DNA of 64,000 bases, from the IMG/VR virus record IMGVR_UViG_3300023435_000001; one strand, given 5' to 3'. Positions 9,706 to 18,683 of this stretch are shown here, piece after piece. The stretch comes from an uncultured virus (IMG/VR IMGVR_UViG_3300023435_000001) (Duplodnaviria; Heunggongvirae; Uroviricota; Caudoviricetes). The notes under the pieces are model-generated. The model ran no database searches, had not been told where the DNA came from, and saw only the letters and a program-made list of their open reading frames with translations. How positions within the stretch are numbered: position 1 is the stretch's first letter; each line of letters opens with the position of its first letter. Position numbers and translations under genes: made by a program.

Positions 9706-11712
9706 TTAATTCATGTCCTTAATGTAATTACTATTTAACGGTTTATTTTCATGTAAGAATTTTTTACCAGATAATCGCTCAACTTCTTTAACTAGTGCTT
9801 CCATATTTATTTCAACAACGCGGCCTGTTCTAGTATTTTTTGAATAGAAGACCCATTCTCCTTTCCCGTTGTGAGGCGATATTTTAGTTGCATTGTCTGC
9901 TTCATCCATGACATACATTTCAGATGATGCACCTTCATTGTCAGAATAAAAACCTGAAGTATCTGCGCCTAACGCTACGCTATTGACATCTACATTGCCA
10001 ATAACTAAAACACCGCCTCCATTAGCTGTTGGCCTAGTTGTCGTGTTAAATAACATATCACCATCCGGCGCAAGAATAATATCAGCCAAGGATGCATCGG
10101 CATCTACAGTAGTAATCGTTAACGATCCTGCCGATCCGACTTCCATCTTTGCGTAGTCCGTCGCTGAACCGTCGGCGTCGTTGTAACTCATGCGAAACTC
10201 TTTGTCCGTTCCCATATTCAATTCGAGAATTCCGTCCGGTGCGGCGGTGCCGATGCCGATGTTGCCATCAGGGTCAATAACCACTCTTTGGTCAGAACCA
10301 ATAGTGGCTCCATTCAAAAATTCTAAATTATCAGAAGACGAATTGTATCCTATGGAATAGTCTTTATCAGAGCCAAAAGTTAAAATATTATTATCAATAA
10401 TTCCTTGATAATCTGTCCACCAGTTAGCTTGATTGTGTATAGATAAAGAACCGATAGTGCTATCTCTGACCACATCATAGGTATCTCCGTAGACGAAAAC
10501 TTTACCTCCATCATCGCTTCCAGCATACAGTTTTCCGTTGTAGGTGGCTAAGGAGAAAATATATGTTTCGCTGCTATCATAACTTTCACTCCACGTAGTG
10601 CCGTCGTAAACGAAAACTTTACCTTCAGGATTACTTCCAGCATATAATTTTCCGTTGTAGGCGGCTAAGGAGTAAATACGTGTTTCACTACTATCGTAAC
10701 TTTCACTCCACGTAGTGCCGTCGTAAACGAAAACTTTACCTTCAGGATAACTTCCAGCATATAGTTTTCCGTTGTAGGTGGCTAATGAGAAAGTATATGT
10801 TTCGCTGCTATCATAACTTTCACTCCACGTAGTGCCGTCGTAAACGAAAACTTTACCTTCAGGATAACTTCCAGCATACAGTTTTCCGTTGTAGGCGGCT
10901 AAGGAGCGAATATATGTTTCACTGCTATCATAACTTTCACTCCACGTAGTACCGTCGTAGACGAAAACTTTACCTCCATCACCGCTTCCAGCATACAGTT
11001 TTCCGTTGTAGGCGGCTAATGAGTAAATATATGCTTCACTGCTATCATAACTTTCACTCCACGTAGTGCCGTCGTAAACGAAAACTTTACCTCCAGGAAA
11101 ACTTCCAGCATATAGTTTTCCGTTGTATACGGCTAAGGAGAAAATATATGTTTCGCTGCTATCATAACTTTCACCCCACGTAGTGCCGTCGTAAACGAAA
11201 ACTTTACCTCCAGAAGCACTTCCGGCATATAGTTTTCCGTTGTAGGTGGCTAATGAGTAAATATATGCTTCACTGCTATCATAACTTTCGCTCCATGCCT
11301 TCTGAGCTAACTGTATTTGTTCCGAACTAATAGTCCCCGCAACATCCAACAGAGCCGCAGGACTCGCAGTCCCAATCCCGACGTTGCCATCTGGCATCAA
11401 TGCGATATGACCCAGTGCTGCATCAGCATCTACAGTCGTTAAGGTAAGCAGTCCTGCACTACCAATCTCCATCTTTGCGTAGTCTGTCGCTGAACCGTCG
11501 GCGTCGTTGTAACTCATGCGGAACTCTTTGTCCGTTCCCATATTCAATTCGAGAATTCCGTCCGGTGCAGTGGTGCCGATGCCGACATTGCCAATGGAAT
11601 AATAGACATCATCTCCAAGTATAGTCCAGGGCTGATATGTGTACGGGATGACGTTCGCAGACGAAACGCTGGCCAACAATATCACAATAATCATACGTAC
11701 AATGTGTTTCAT
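9706..11712 (-). CDS. Tail-fibre-like protein with signal peptide, GNVGIGT repeats and a 7-bladed beta-propeller
   Basis: Leader MKHIVRMIIVILLASVSSA; GNVGIGT motifs; seven 39-aa near-identical repeats. Confidence 0.75.
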   Translation of the reverse strand: MKHIVRMIIVILLASVSSANVIPYTYQPWTILGDDVYYSIGNVGIGTTAPDGILELNMGTDKEFRMSYNDADGSATDYAKMEIGSAGLLTLTTVDADAALGHIALMPDGNVGIGTASPAALLDVAGTISSEQIQLAQKAWSESYDSSEAYIYSLATYNGKLYAGSASGGKVFVYDGTTWGESYDSSETYIFSLAVYNGKLYAGSFPGGKVFVYDGTTWSESYDSSEAYIYSLAAYNGKLYAGSGDGGKVFVYDGTTWSESYDSSETYIRSLAAYNGKLYAGSYPEGKVFVYDGTTWSESYDSSETYTFSLATYNGKLYAGSYPEGKVFVYDGTTWSESYDSSETRIYSLAAYNGKLYAGSNPEGKVFVYDGTTWSESYDSSETYIFSLATYNGKLYAGSDDGGKVFVYGDTYDVVRDSTIGSLSIHNQANWWTDYQGIIDNNILTFGSDKDYSIGYNSSSDNLEFLNGATIGSDQRVVIDPDGNIGIGTAAPDGILELNMGTDKEFRMSYNDADGSATDYAKMEVGSAGSLTITTVDADASLADIILAPDGDMLFNTTTRPTANGGGVLVIGNVDVNSVALGADTSGFYSDNEGASSEMYVMDEADNATKISPHNGKGEWVFYSKNTRTGRVVEINMEALVKEVERLSGKKFLHENKPLNSNYIKDMN
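10477..11295 (-). repeat. 7 x 117-bp coding tandem repeat (propeller blades)
   Basis: Unit WSESYDSSE(T/A)YIxSLAxYNGKLYAGSxxxGKVFVYDGTT, near-identical at DNA level. Confidence 0.95.
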
Positions 11713-11775
11713 TTTAGAGCCTCTATTTCATCCCTGATTTTCTTGTATAATAATAAATTTGTTATTTCATCGTTT

Positions 11776-12885
11776 TTAATTCTTTAAATTCATTTTCCTC
11801 ATGTATTCTTCGATAAGAGCAATTATGTCCGCTGCAATATCAGTGCCGGCAGCATTAGTGATTACAGCATCGATAATAGAGTCTTGTTTTGCTTCAGTGG
11901 CATCCCCACCAGGGCTATTTGCTATAGCTTCTAGAGAATCTGTGGTTGCATTGTACGCAGTTGCAACAGCGGCACCAGTAGACATAATGTGAGCCATTAC
12001 TGAACCATCAACAACGATTGCTGACATATCTCCATCGGCGGCAACTTCAGTTGTTACACCTAAAAGATGATCTAATTGGAAACTCTCTAAGGCATCAACC
12101 GCTTCAGCTTCTATGCTTGCGTTAGTAATAGCATCACTGAATTGAGTTGCGACAGAGTGCGGTGCAAGCGTCCATTCAGCAACATCAACGTTACGATTTA
12201 TTGATCCTCCAGCATATCCAGTTCCGTCATAGTCTAGTTTCATGTTATTAGCTGCTGTTGTATCTCCAGATACTGCAACAACATCACTAGACATTCGGCC
12301 ACTGACTAATGTAGCAGGGATTCTACCATCAAGAGTGGTTCCAGTGTCTGTTTCTATATCATTTATATTCGTGTTCATAGCATCCAAGTCAAGATCACCA
12401 GCATCACTAACAGGCAAGCCACCCGCAGCATCAGCTGCCGCATTAGGTAAGGCAGTTAAGCCAAGACGAACAGTGTCGTATGGATCATAGCTGACTAAAT
12501 CTATTTTCCCTCCAACTACAATCATGTCAGTAATGGTTCCACCAAATGTGCAACAAACAGAACTGCCCGTAGTATCTACAGCATCATCAGGAAGATCTAA
12601 TCTATATAGTCCATCACCGATAGGTTCTATGCCACCATCAGTATGAGCAGTTGTGAGAGCTGCTAATGAAGCTTCTGTGATATCAATAGCAACTTCCCCT
12701 GTTCTACGATACCATAAATCAATACCGGCTGTATCGTGTGCTACAGCAGTTTCGGGTGTGCCAGCAGTGGCATCCATGATAAATATTTCAACGCTCTGGT
12801 CTGTTGATCCTGCTTTAATCGTATACGTTTCCGCAACAACATTCGTAACCATTGCCATCAATAGTAATACAAGTAGCTTTTTCAT
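11776..12885 (-). CDS. Acidic fibre/virion-type protein with signal peptide
   Basis: Leader MKKLLVLLLMAMVTNVVA, then IKAGSTDQSV... and LPNAAADAAGGLP motifs recalled from phage structural proteins. Confidence 0.6.
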   Translation of the reverse strand: MKKLLVLLLMAMVTNVVAETYTIKAGSTDQSVEIFIMDATAGTPETAVAHDTAGIDLWYRRTGEVAIDITEASLAALTTAHTDGGIEPIGDGLYRLDLPDDAVDTTGSSVCCTFGGTITDMIVVGGKIDLVSYDPYDTVRLGLTALPNAAADAAGGLPVSDAGDLDLDAMNTNINDIETDTGTTLDGRIPATLVSGRMSSDVVAVSGDTTAANNMKLDYDGTGYAGGSINRNVDVAEWTLAPHSVATQFSDAITNASIEAEAVDALESFQLDHLLGVTTEVAADGDMSAIVVDGSVMAHIMSTGAAVATAYNATTDSLEAIANSPGGDATEAKQDSIIDAVITNAAGTDIAADIIALIEEYMRKMNLKN

Positions 12886-13047
12886 AGTTGCCTCTACCAG
12901 TTTCTGTGTCTGCGTTGTTGATATTGGATTATTGGGATAACAATACTCTGATCAGTGTCGCCACCTTTAATTACCTGTTGACTTGCACCGGCAAAGTTAG
13001 CCAAGATAATAAAGAAGCAAAATATACTTTACCTCATGATAAAACTC

Positions 13048-13767
13048 CTAATGTCTTCTACGGTAATATTGCATGATCTTTGGAACAATTGGAGAAGAGG
13101 ACGCTACAGCAAGATCCATGTCTTTAACAGTATAGGATACCGTTGACCCAGAACCTGTATCCCATGAGGTTACACCCCAGCACATTCTATAACTGGTGGT
13201 ATAAGATGTTTCTGTGGCAACTAGTGTGTCAAATACTGTACCTGTGTGGCTGCCTGTACGGATTGTCAGTGTATGTGTCTGTCCTGATCGAACGTAATCG
13301 CAATAGTAATCTGTACTCAATGACACTGTTGACGAAGTGTCCTCTGTCCCCGAGCCATCCTCAACAATAAGAAGTCGTATAGTTCGTGTGCCTGAGGCAT
13401 CATACATATAGACTTTAACAAACTCATCATTGGCACCAAAGAGGTCATAAACTTCTTGAGTTCCAGTAGGGAGAGTTGGCCCCGACAAAACCATAGCAGT
13501 TGCATGACCGATATTGTTCATTACGGTTGCATTTAGCACAAATTGAATATGCAACGACGTACCAAAATACGAGGCTCCAAAGTCTTTATAAAATGCCCAG
13601 TAATTGCCCCTACTATTTGCACTGGTTACAGTAATCGTCCCTGTAGAGGCAGAAATATCAGCAGCCTCATCCTTTTCAGTATAGTCGGTTTCAAAATCCT
13701 CATTGGCCGCATTTGCTTTACTAAAAAAGATTAATAACACTAATAAATAAAGTAACTTTGTTTTCAT
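13048..13767 (-). CDS. Beta-sandwich/lectin-like protein with signal peptide
   Basis: Leader MKTKLLYLLVLLIFFSKANA; Thr/Ser/Tyr beta-rich; basic C-terminus IMQYYRRRH. Confidence 0.5.
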   Translation of the reverse strand: MKTKLLYLLVLLIFFSKANAANEDFETDYTEKDEAADISASTGTITVTSANSRGNYWAFYKDFGASYFGTSLHIQFVLNATVMNNIGHATAMVLSGPTLPTGTQEVYDLFGANDEFVKVYMYDASGTRTIRLLIVEDGSGTEDTSSTVSLSTDYYCDYVRSGQTHTLTIRTGSHTGTVFDTLVATETSYTTSYRMCWGVTSWDTGSGSTVSYTVKDMDLAVASSSPIVPKIMQYYRRRH

Positions 13768-15203
13768 TATTGTATCCCAATCAAATATTTTAAACCGGAA
13801 ACATATTCAATGGCTCCGCGATCCCATGTACCGTCTTCACCTCTAGTGTTGCCAAACATATCAACGTTATAGGGTGACCCTAGGGATGTCCCTGCTGTTA
13901 GTATACTACCACTAATTAATGTAAAATCATACGTAAGATAGGCTGTAAATGGACTACTTTGTTCCAGTATTATTTCATCTGATGTACCTAATAACCAATC
14001 ATTACCTTCACCATATCCATATAGTATTTCAATAGTTGTGTCTTCTGGCGACACGAATGAATTGTACGAATGTGGTGATAAAGCATCAGAATTGAAATAC
14101 ACAGATCCCTCTGTCAAACTACTCCTAACACAATCGTACCAAACATTATTAATAGAGGTTGTACTTCCAAAATAATTCTCACAGCCTGTCCGAGTGCCTC
14201 TTACACGGATTATGCTATTATTGTAAAATCGTATATTATCTGCTGACGACGTCCCGTTAACCTGTGAATCTGTCATAATTACTCCGTTCGCAATACCCTC
14301 GATACCTACAGGAGCATTGTTGAAGTAACTTTGGCTATACATCATGACATTCCCATAAATATCCCACTCATCATCATCATACGCGCTATCTGTTTTAAAA
14401 CCAAATATCCCTGAGCCCTCGATGTCTTCAAACAAATTGTATCGAGCAACCCCATTTCCAGAGCAATTGATTTGCAGACCTTCACCGTGATTAGTAGCAG
14501 TAGACGTATTTGTTGATAGGCACGAATACTGTAGTATGAAATTATTACTCGCATCCATGTGTATCATCTGTCCTGACACAGAATGCAGATAACAATACTC
14601 AACAGTTACATTCTGATGACCATCAAATGAACCATCAGTTCCAACATATTTTATATTAAGTATTCTATCTACTGCGTCAATTCCAGATCCACGACCTTCA
14701 AATTCTATGTGGCTAAAAGTTATATTATTACATGAAGTAGCATTCCAAGTACCGGGACCTCTAAAATCCACAGCATATCCCGCCATTGTTCTAGTCATTT
14801 TAAACCCATGGCCAGTTTTCCAGTTATCTGGCCCGCCACCTACTTGACCATCAATATTATAGAATCCATAGCTAAACGTAATTCCCTCTCCTAGATCCGC
14901 TTGCCCATCACCATATGAGCTTTCCCACCCAGTTTCTGTACCATGATCAGTTGAAATGGCTTTCTTAATATGTATTATAGTAGTACCTGACTCGGCATCA
15001 TCCCCATAAATTCCACCATATGTACCATCAGCAATAAAATACGTATCGCCCCTAGTTAAAGAGGCTGGTATCTCATCCCATGCGTTTGTCCAATCACTGC
15101 CATCAGCGGATCCAGATGCACCATCACGGACATAGTGGTCGGCCGCGTTGCTGACTACTACATAACTGATTATCAGAATCAATAGCATATTTTTATTAAT
15201 CAT
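13767..15203 (-). CDS. Right-handed beta-helix (pectin-lyase-like) protein with signal peptide
   Basis: Leader ...YVVVSNA; YVRDGASGSADGSDWTNAW; Asn-ladder repeats; C-terminal DMFGNTR...WDRGAIEY motif. Confidence 0.7.
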   Translation of the reverse strand: MINKNMLLILIISYVVVSNAADHYVRDGASGSADGSDWTNAWDEIPASLTRGDTYFIADGTYGGIYGDDAESGTTIIHIKKAISTDHGTETGWESSYGDGQADLGEGITFSYGFYNIDGQVGGGPDNWKTGHGFKMTRTMAGYAVDFRGPGTWNATSCNNITFSHIEFEGRGSGIDAVDRILNIKYVGTDGSFDGHQNVTVEYCYLHSVSGQMIHMDASNNFILQYSCLSTNTSTATNHGEGLQINCSGNGVARYNLFEDIEGSGIFGFKTDSAYDDDEWDIYGNVMMYSQSYFNNAPVGIEGIANGVIMTDSQVNGTSSADNIRFYNNSIIRVRGTRTGCENYFGSTTSINNVWYDCVRSSLTEGSVYFNSDALSPHSYNSFVSPEDTTIEILYGYGEGNDWLLGTSDEIILEQSSPFTAYLTYDFTLISGSILTAGTSLGSPYNVDMFGNTRGEDGTWDRGAIEYVSGLKYLIGIQ

Positions 15204-15217
15204 TATTTTGTTTCTTC

Positions 15218-15643
15218 TTAATATTTTCTTAAAAGAGTCTTGATATCTTTCATATCTGCTTTAAATTCCTTCACGTCTGCTTGATAAGCTTCAATCTTTG
15301 CTTCTGAGACTGATATCCTTTGTCTTGCTTCCATTGAAGGAATACATCCTTGAAGATCAACTCTGTGTATCTCATCTTTCAAATCACTATTAGATGTAGC
15401 TAACTTTTCTGACAAGTCCTTTATGATACGAGAGTTCTCTGTAGCCATTTTTTCGACAATACTTTTCATGTCCTCACAAAGTTTATTGTATCGTTCATCT
15501 GCTAGCTGTTTTTGATTTTCATGATTTGTTTTTAACTGATTAAAGGATGCAACTCCTCCCAATGCTAATGGGACTGCAAGTGCCATAAAAGCTAACGTGA
15601 TTCTAATCCAAGTCACACTTGAATCTTTTGCTATCTTTGTCAT
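15218..15643 (-). CDS. Single-TM coiled-coil protein
   Basis: N-terminal hydrophobic helix followed by a heptad-rich region. Confidence 0.5.
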   Translation of the reverse strand: MTKIAKDSSVTWIRITLAFMALAVPLALGGVASFNQLKTNHENQKQLADERYNKLCEDMKSIVEKMATENSRIIKDLSEKLATSNSDLKDEIHRVDLQGCIPSMEARQRISVSEAKIEAYQADVKEFKADMKDIKTLLRKY

Positions 15644-15659
15644 CTCGTCTTTTCCTCAT

Positions 15660-16118
15660 CTATTTAAATTTCGCTTCAAAATAAACAATCTGCAGTATCT
15701 TATCCCTATGCTCTCTAGCTGGTCGCTCTAAGAATTTAGCTTGTTGATTTTTTCCACGACTAAACATCCCACCTTTAGCAGTACCTCGTGGTGTACCTTT
15801 AGCTGCAGAAATGTCTTCTGCGTGCTTTATATTAAACTTCGTCCCATGCGTTGCTCTTTCTAAGTCTTCATGCACCCATACAGCATATTCAGCAGTGTAT
15901 CCAACGATTACATCGGGCCTTAATAGCCCAATGTCTCGCGTAAATGCTGAATTTTTTAAGTTTCCTAATTGCACCGGAACTGTTTCTTGGCTCTTACGCT
16001 GTAAAAATATTCCGCCTTTACGGAAGCCTCTAGCTAAATCTCGATTTAGATTTTTACTAACGCTTTTGAGTTTGTCTACTATTTGCTTCATTCCAGTTAT
16101 TTGCGTTAACTGTGACAT
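15660..16118 (-). CDS. HK97 gp10-like neck/tail completion protein
   Basis: VPVQLGNLKNS, YAVWVHE, QAKFLERP motifs. Confidence 0.8.
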   Translation of the reverse strand: MSQLTQITGMKQIVDKLKSVSKNLNRDLARGFRKGGIFLQRKSQETVPVQLGNLKNSAFTRDIGLLRPDVIVGYTAEYAVWVHEDLERATHGTKFNIKHAEDISAAKGTPRGTAKGGMFSRGKNQQAKFLERPAREHRDKILQIVYFEAKFK

Positions 16119-16465
16119 TACACATAGACCGTTCTTAAATATTTAGTGTGTCTGATATTTGGCAATTTATCTACTTGAATAATTTGGTAAGCATCATCAT
16201 CGTCACTTGGATCGTCTGGAGTAGTACTATCTAATTCGCCATGTTTAAGTTTACCTAATATACTGAGATCTCTATCGACGTAAGCTTTAGCAGTTGCGTT
16301 TACTTCATTACCATTTTGGTCCATTACTTTTTTATCAGACGTTGACCATCTTGCCTCTATTTCGATAGGTTCTTCATACGTAACTCTACCAAACGAATTA
16401 GCACAAGTCTCCGGTGCCCAATACACTGCTGTATCATACGTAAATAAAGTATCAAGTAAGCCCAT
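16118..16465 (-). CDS. Head-tail adaptor/stopper
   Basis: AVYWAP...FGRVTYEEPIEIEARW; position in the neck module. Confidence 0.65.
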   Translation of the reverse strand: MGLLDTLFTYDTAVYWAPETCANSFGRVTYEEPIEIEARWSTSDKKVMDQNGNEVNATAKAYVDRDLSILGKLKHGELDSTTPDDPSDDDDAYQIIQVDKLPNIRHTKYLRTVYV

Positions 16466-16672
16466 TTAGTCACCGTTATTAATCAGTGTAGGTTTTACGC
16501 TTGTATCCCAAGCAGACACTACTTTATCAATTTCAGCGCGAGCTTTACTAATATCTTCTTGCGTAATGTTTTCGCCGCGTTCTACTCGTTTAGCAAGCTC
16601 TTTAATTTCTTTCGCAACTCCAATACCTTGAGCAACAAGTTGCACTATCAATAACATTGAGGCTGGATCCAT
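16466..16672 (-). CDS. Hypothetical small helical protein
   Basis: ORF with RBS, tightly packed. Confidence 0.5.
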   Translation of the reverse strand: MDPASMLLIVQLVAQGIGVAKEIKELAKRVERGENITQEDISKARAEIDKVVSAWDTSVKPTLINNGD

Positions 16673-16686
16673 AGTTCTATCTCCAC

Positions 16687-17274
16687 TTACGGGGTTAAAG
16701 TATTTACATTAACTAGTGGCTTCACACCGGCCTTTTTCTGCAACTCAATTAAAAGCGGTCCGATATACTTAATAATGTCTGGGCGATCAACTCCCACTTT
16801 ATTAGATGTTTCCCACTCTTTTAAGTAAGTATCAACCGAATGAATAACATCAGTTAATCGTTGTTGTTCTTTTCCGTCAATAAGACCTGCTTCGTTTAAC
16901 ACTACTAAAGAATTAACAGCGCTAGAAAAAGATTTCTGAACTAGCAAGAGTTTTCCATTTTCAGCTTCTATAATCGGATCTACAGTTTTACACCCAGTAA
17001 CGCAAAGCATCATGATACAACTGACGATTAAAACCGTCGCTTTCGGTGCTAATTTCTTATCGCTAGAAATGCCTTGTGTCGTATCAAGTCCTGCGACCTT
17101 AGATATAAATCCAAGAGCTGTTTGAAACTTAGTATTAGCTTTCTTTAAAAGTTGATCGTCTTTAGGTGTTGGAGTTAATGCAACTAACATCCTAAGAAAA
17201 ACAAACATAGATCCGATAACTGCTAAAACTTCATCTGCGTGTTCACTTATCCAACTCATTATATTTCCTTTCAA
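16687..17274 (-). CDS. Holin-like membrane protein with an internal lipobox-like segment
   Basis: TM then LTPTPKDD (small-holin motif); second hydrophobic stretch ends in LCVTGC. Confidence 0.45.
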   Translation of the reverse strand: MKGNIMSWISEHADEVLAVIGSMFVFLRMLVALTPTPKDDQLLKKANTKFQTALGFISKVAGLDTTQGISSDKKLAPKATVLIVSCIMMLCVTGCKTVDPIIEAENGKLLLVQKSFSSAVNSLVVLNEAGLIDGKEQQRLTDVIHSVDTYLKEWETSNKVGVDRPDIIKYIGPLLIELQKKAGVKPLVNVNTLTP

Positions 17275-17708
17275 TCTTCAACACTTAAATCTTCATCTCC
17301 AAGCCAACTAACACCTACTGCTTGAATACCACCTGACTTGGCTTCTTCATTCAGTTTAGCTAGTCCACCTGCTGTATCAATTCGCATTGCAATTTGACCG
17401 TAGTGTGAAGTATCAAAACCTAAATCGACTTTCGACTGTTTCTTTTCAGAGACGTCACTTGCTTTTTCAGACTCAGCTCTCATATCTCTGATCGTGTAAC
17501 AATGAGCTGACAACCAGCGTTCAATTAATTCTAATCGTGCGGCATCGTATGTCGTGACAGAAGAACAACACTCAGTGACAAAAGCATTAGCGATCTCAAT
17601 AAACGGAGTTAATGAGATACTTGCATTGACTTCAATTATTAATGCTACTGCTGTAGATGTTGTTCTAGCCATTTTTAACCTTTCGTGTATTCCAAAATTC
17701 TGATACAC
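17271..17708 (-). CDS. Head-tail connector (DUF4054-like); likely start MARTT near 17672
   Basis: ERWLSAH, TSHYGQ motifs; position after capsid genes. Confidence 0.7.
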   Translation of the reverse strand: MYQNFGIHERLKMARTTSTAVALIIEVNASISLTPFIEIANAFVTECCSSVTTYDAARLELIERWLSAHCYTIRDMRAESEKASDVSEKKQSKVDLGFDTSHYGQIAMRIDTAGGLAKLNEEAKSGGIQAVGVSWLGDEDLSVED

Positions 17709-18297
17709 CTATTTTTGGAAATACAGTTAAGTTACTATTATCAGTGACATTTATAATCGATGATTCTGGAAATACTACTGGCAAATCCTTAGCTACAAGA
17801 TCGAAGCCTTTAACGAACTTAACATATGATTTAGCCTCAGGTGGAGAAATAATATCGTCGTGCCAATTAGGCTTATTACTACTTGAAAGTTTCATATCAA
17901 AACCAAGTAAATAAACATTCTTAGCTCCAAGTATTAATGCTAAGTTAATCGCGTTAGACCCAGTATTTTTATTCCAGCCAAGTTTAGTTTTACTGAGACC
18001 TTTCGGTTGGCGGTCCAAAAACCAGATCCACGAATGTTTACTTCGAGCAAAGTCTCGTTGACTTGTAAAGACTAATCCGTCATACTTTGCAAGCTGTGTA
18101 TGAAACGTTCTAAACCATTTTGCATCGCCAAACATACAGATATCACAAATCTCTTTACCTAAGCTAAATGCATTGTTGCATCCGATAGTAGATTCACGTT
18201 TTAACAGGTTCCAATCAAAGTTACGCAACGAATCACCACCGCCTATAACAAAAACATCACGGCCTTTCCAAGTATCTGTAAGTCTCCAACGCGGCAT
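17665..18297 (-). CDS. DUF115/Maf-like (MptE-like) putative glycosyltransferase
   Basis: VFVIGGGDSL, TIGCN, NTGSNAINLALILGAKNVYLLGFDM; paralog of 59470-60120. Confidence 0.7.
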   Translation of the reverse strand: MPRWRLTDTWKGRDVFVIGGGDSLRNFDWNLLKRESTIGCNNAFSLGKEICDICMFGDAKWFRTFHTQLAKYDGLVFTSQRDFARSKHSWIWFLDRQPKGLSKTKLGWNKNTGSNAINLALILGAKNVYLLGFDMKLSSSNKPNWHDDIISPPEAKSYVKFVKGFDLVAKDLPVVFPESSIINVTDNSNLTVFPKIGVSEFWNTRKVKNG

Positions 18298-18299
18298 CG

Positions 18300-18623
18300 T
18301 TATTTAGCTTTCTTAGCAACTTTCGCTGAATTAAGGTCTTGTTGCTGAATTGATTCAACTGTCACCATATTAATAGCAGCTTTTGTTACATCGTCTAGAT
18401 CTTCAACTTCAGAAACAAACTTCGATGGAACCGGAATTACTGGTTGATCAGCACCCGGTTCTATCGAAGTCGGAGCAGACAGCCTAAGAAACTTACCCAG
18501 AAACATTTTGTCAAGCTCACGCTCAGTTTTGATAATATCTCCAGATTTATACTCTTGTGTTTCACCGTTTGACAAGGCTTCGGTATGAACCCCTGCTTTC
18601 GGATGTAATTTAAAAGTGTTCAT
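18300..18623 (-). CDS. Hypothetical protein following the major capsid gene
   Basis: YKSGDII motif; position. Confidence 0.55.
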   Translation of the reverse strand: MNTFKLHPKAGVHTEALSNGETQEYKSGDIIKTERELDKMFLGKFLRLSAPTSIEPGADQPVIPVPSKFVSEVEDLDDVTKAAINMVTVESIQQQDLNSAKVAKKAK

Positions 18624-18683
18624 ATGACAGTCCTTTCCAATTATACATAATTTATCGAATTAAATTAAGTGCTTTAACCTTGT

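Noticed and set aside
9706..11712. Complete diversity-generating retroelement
   Set aside because: No reverse transcriptase or template repeat seen; only the codon pattern is reported.
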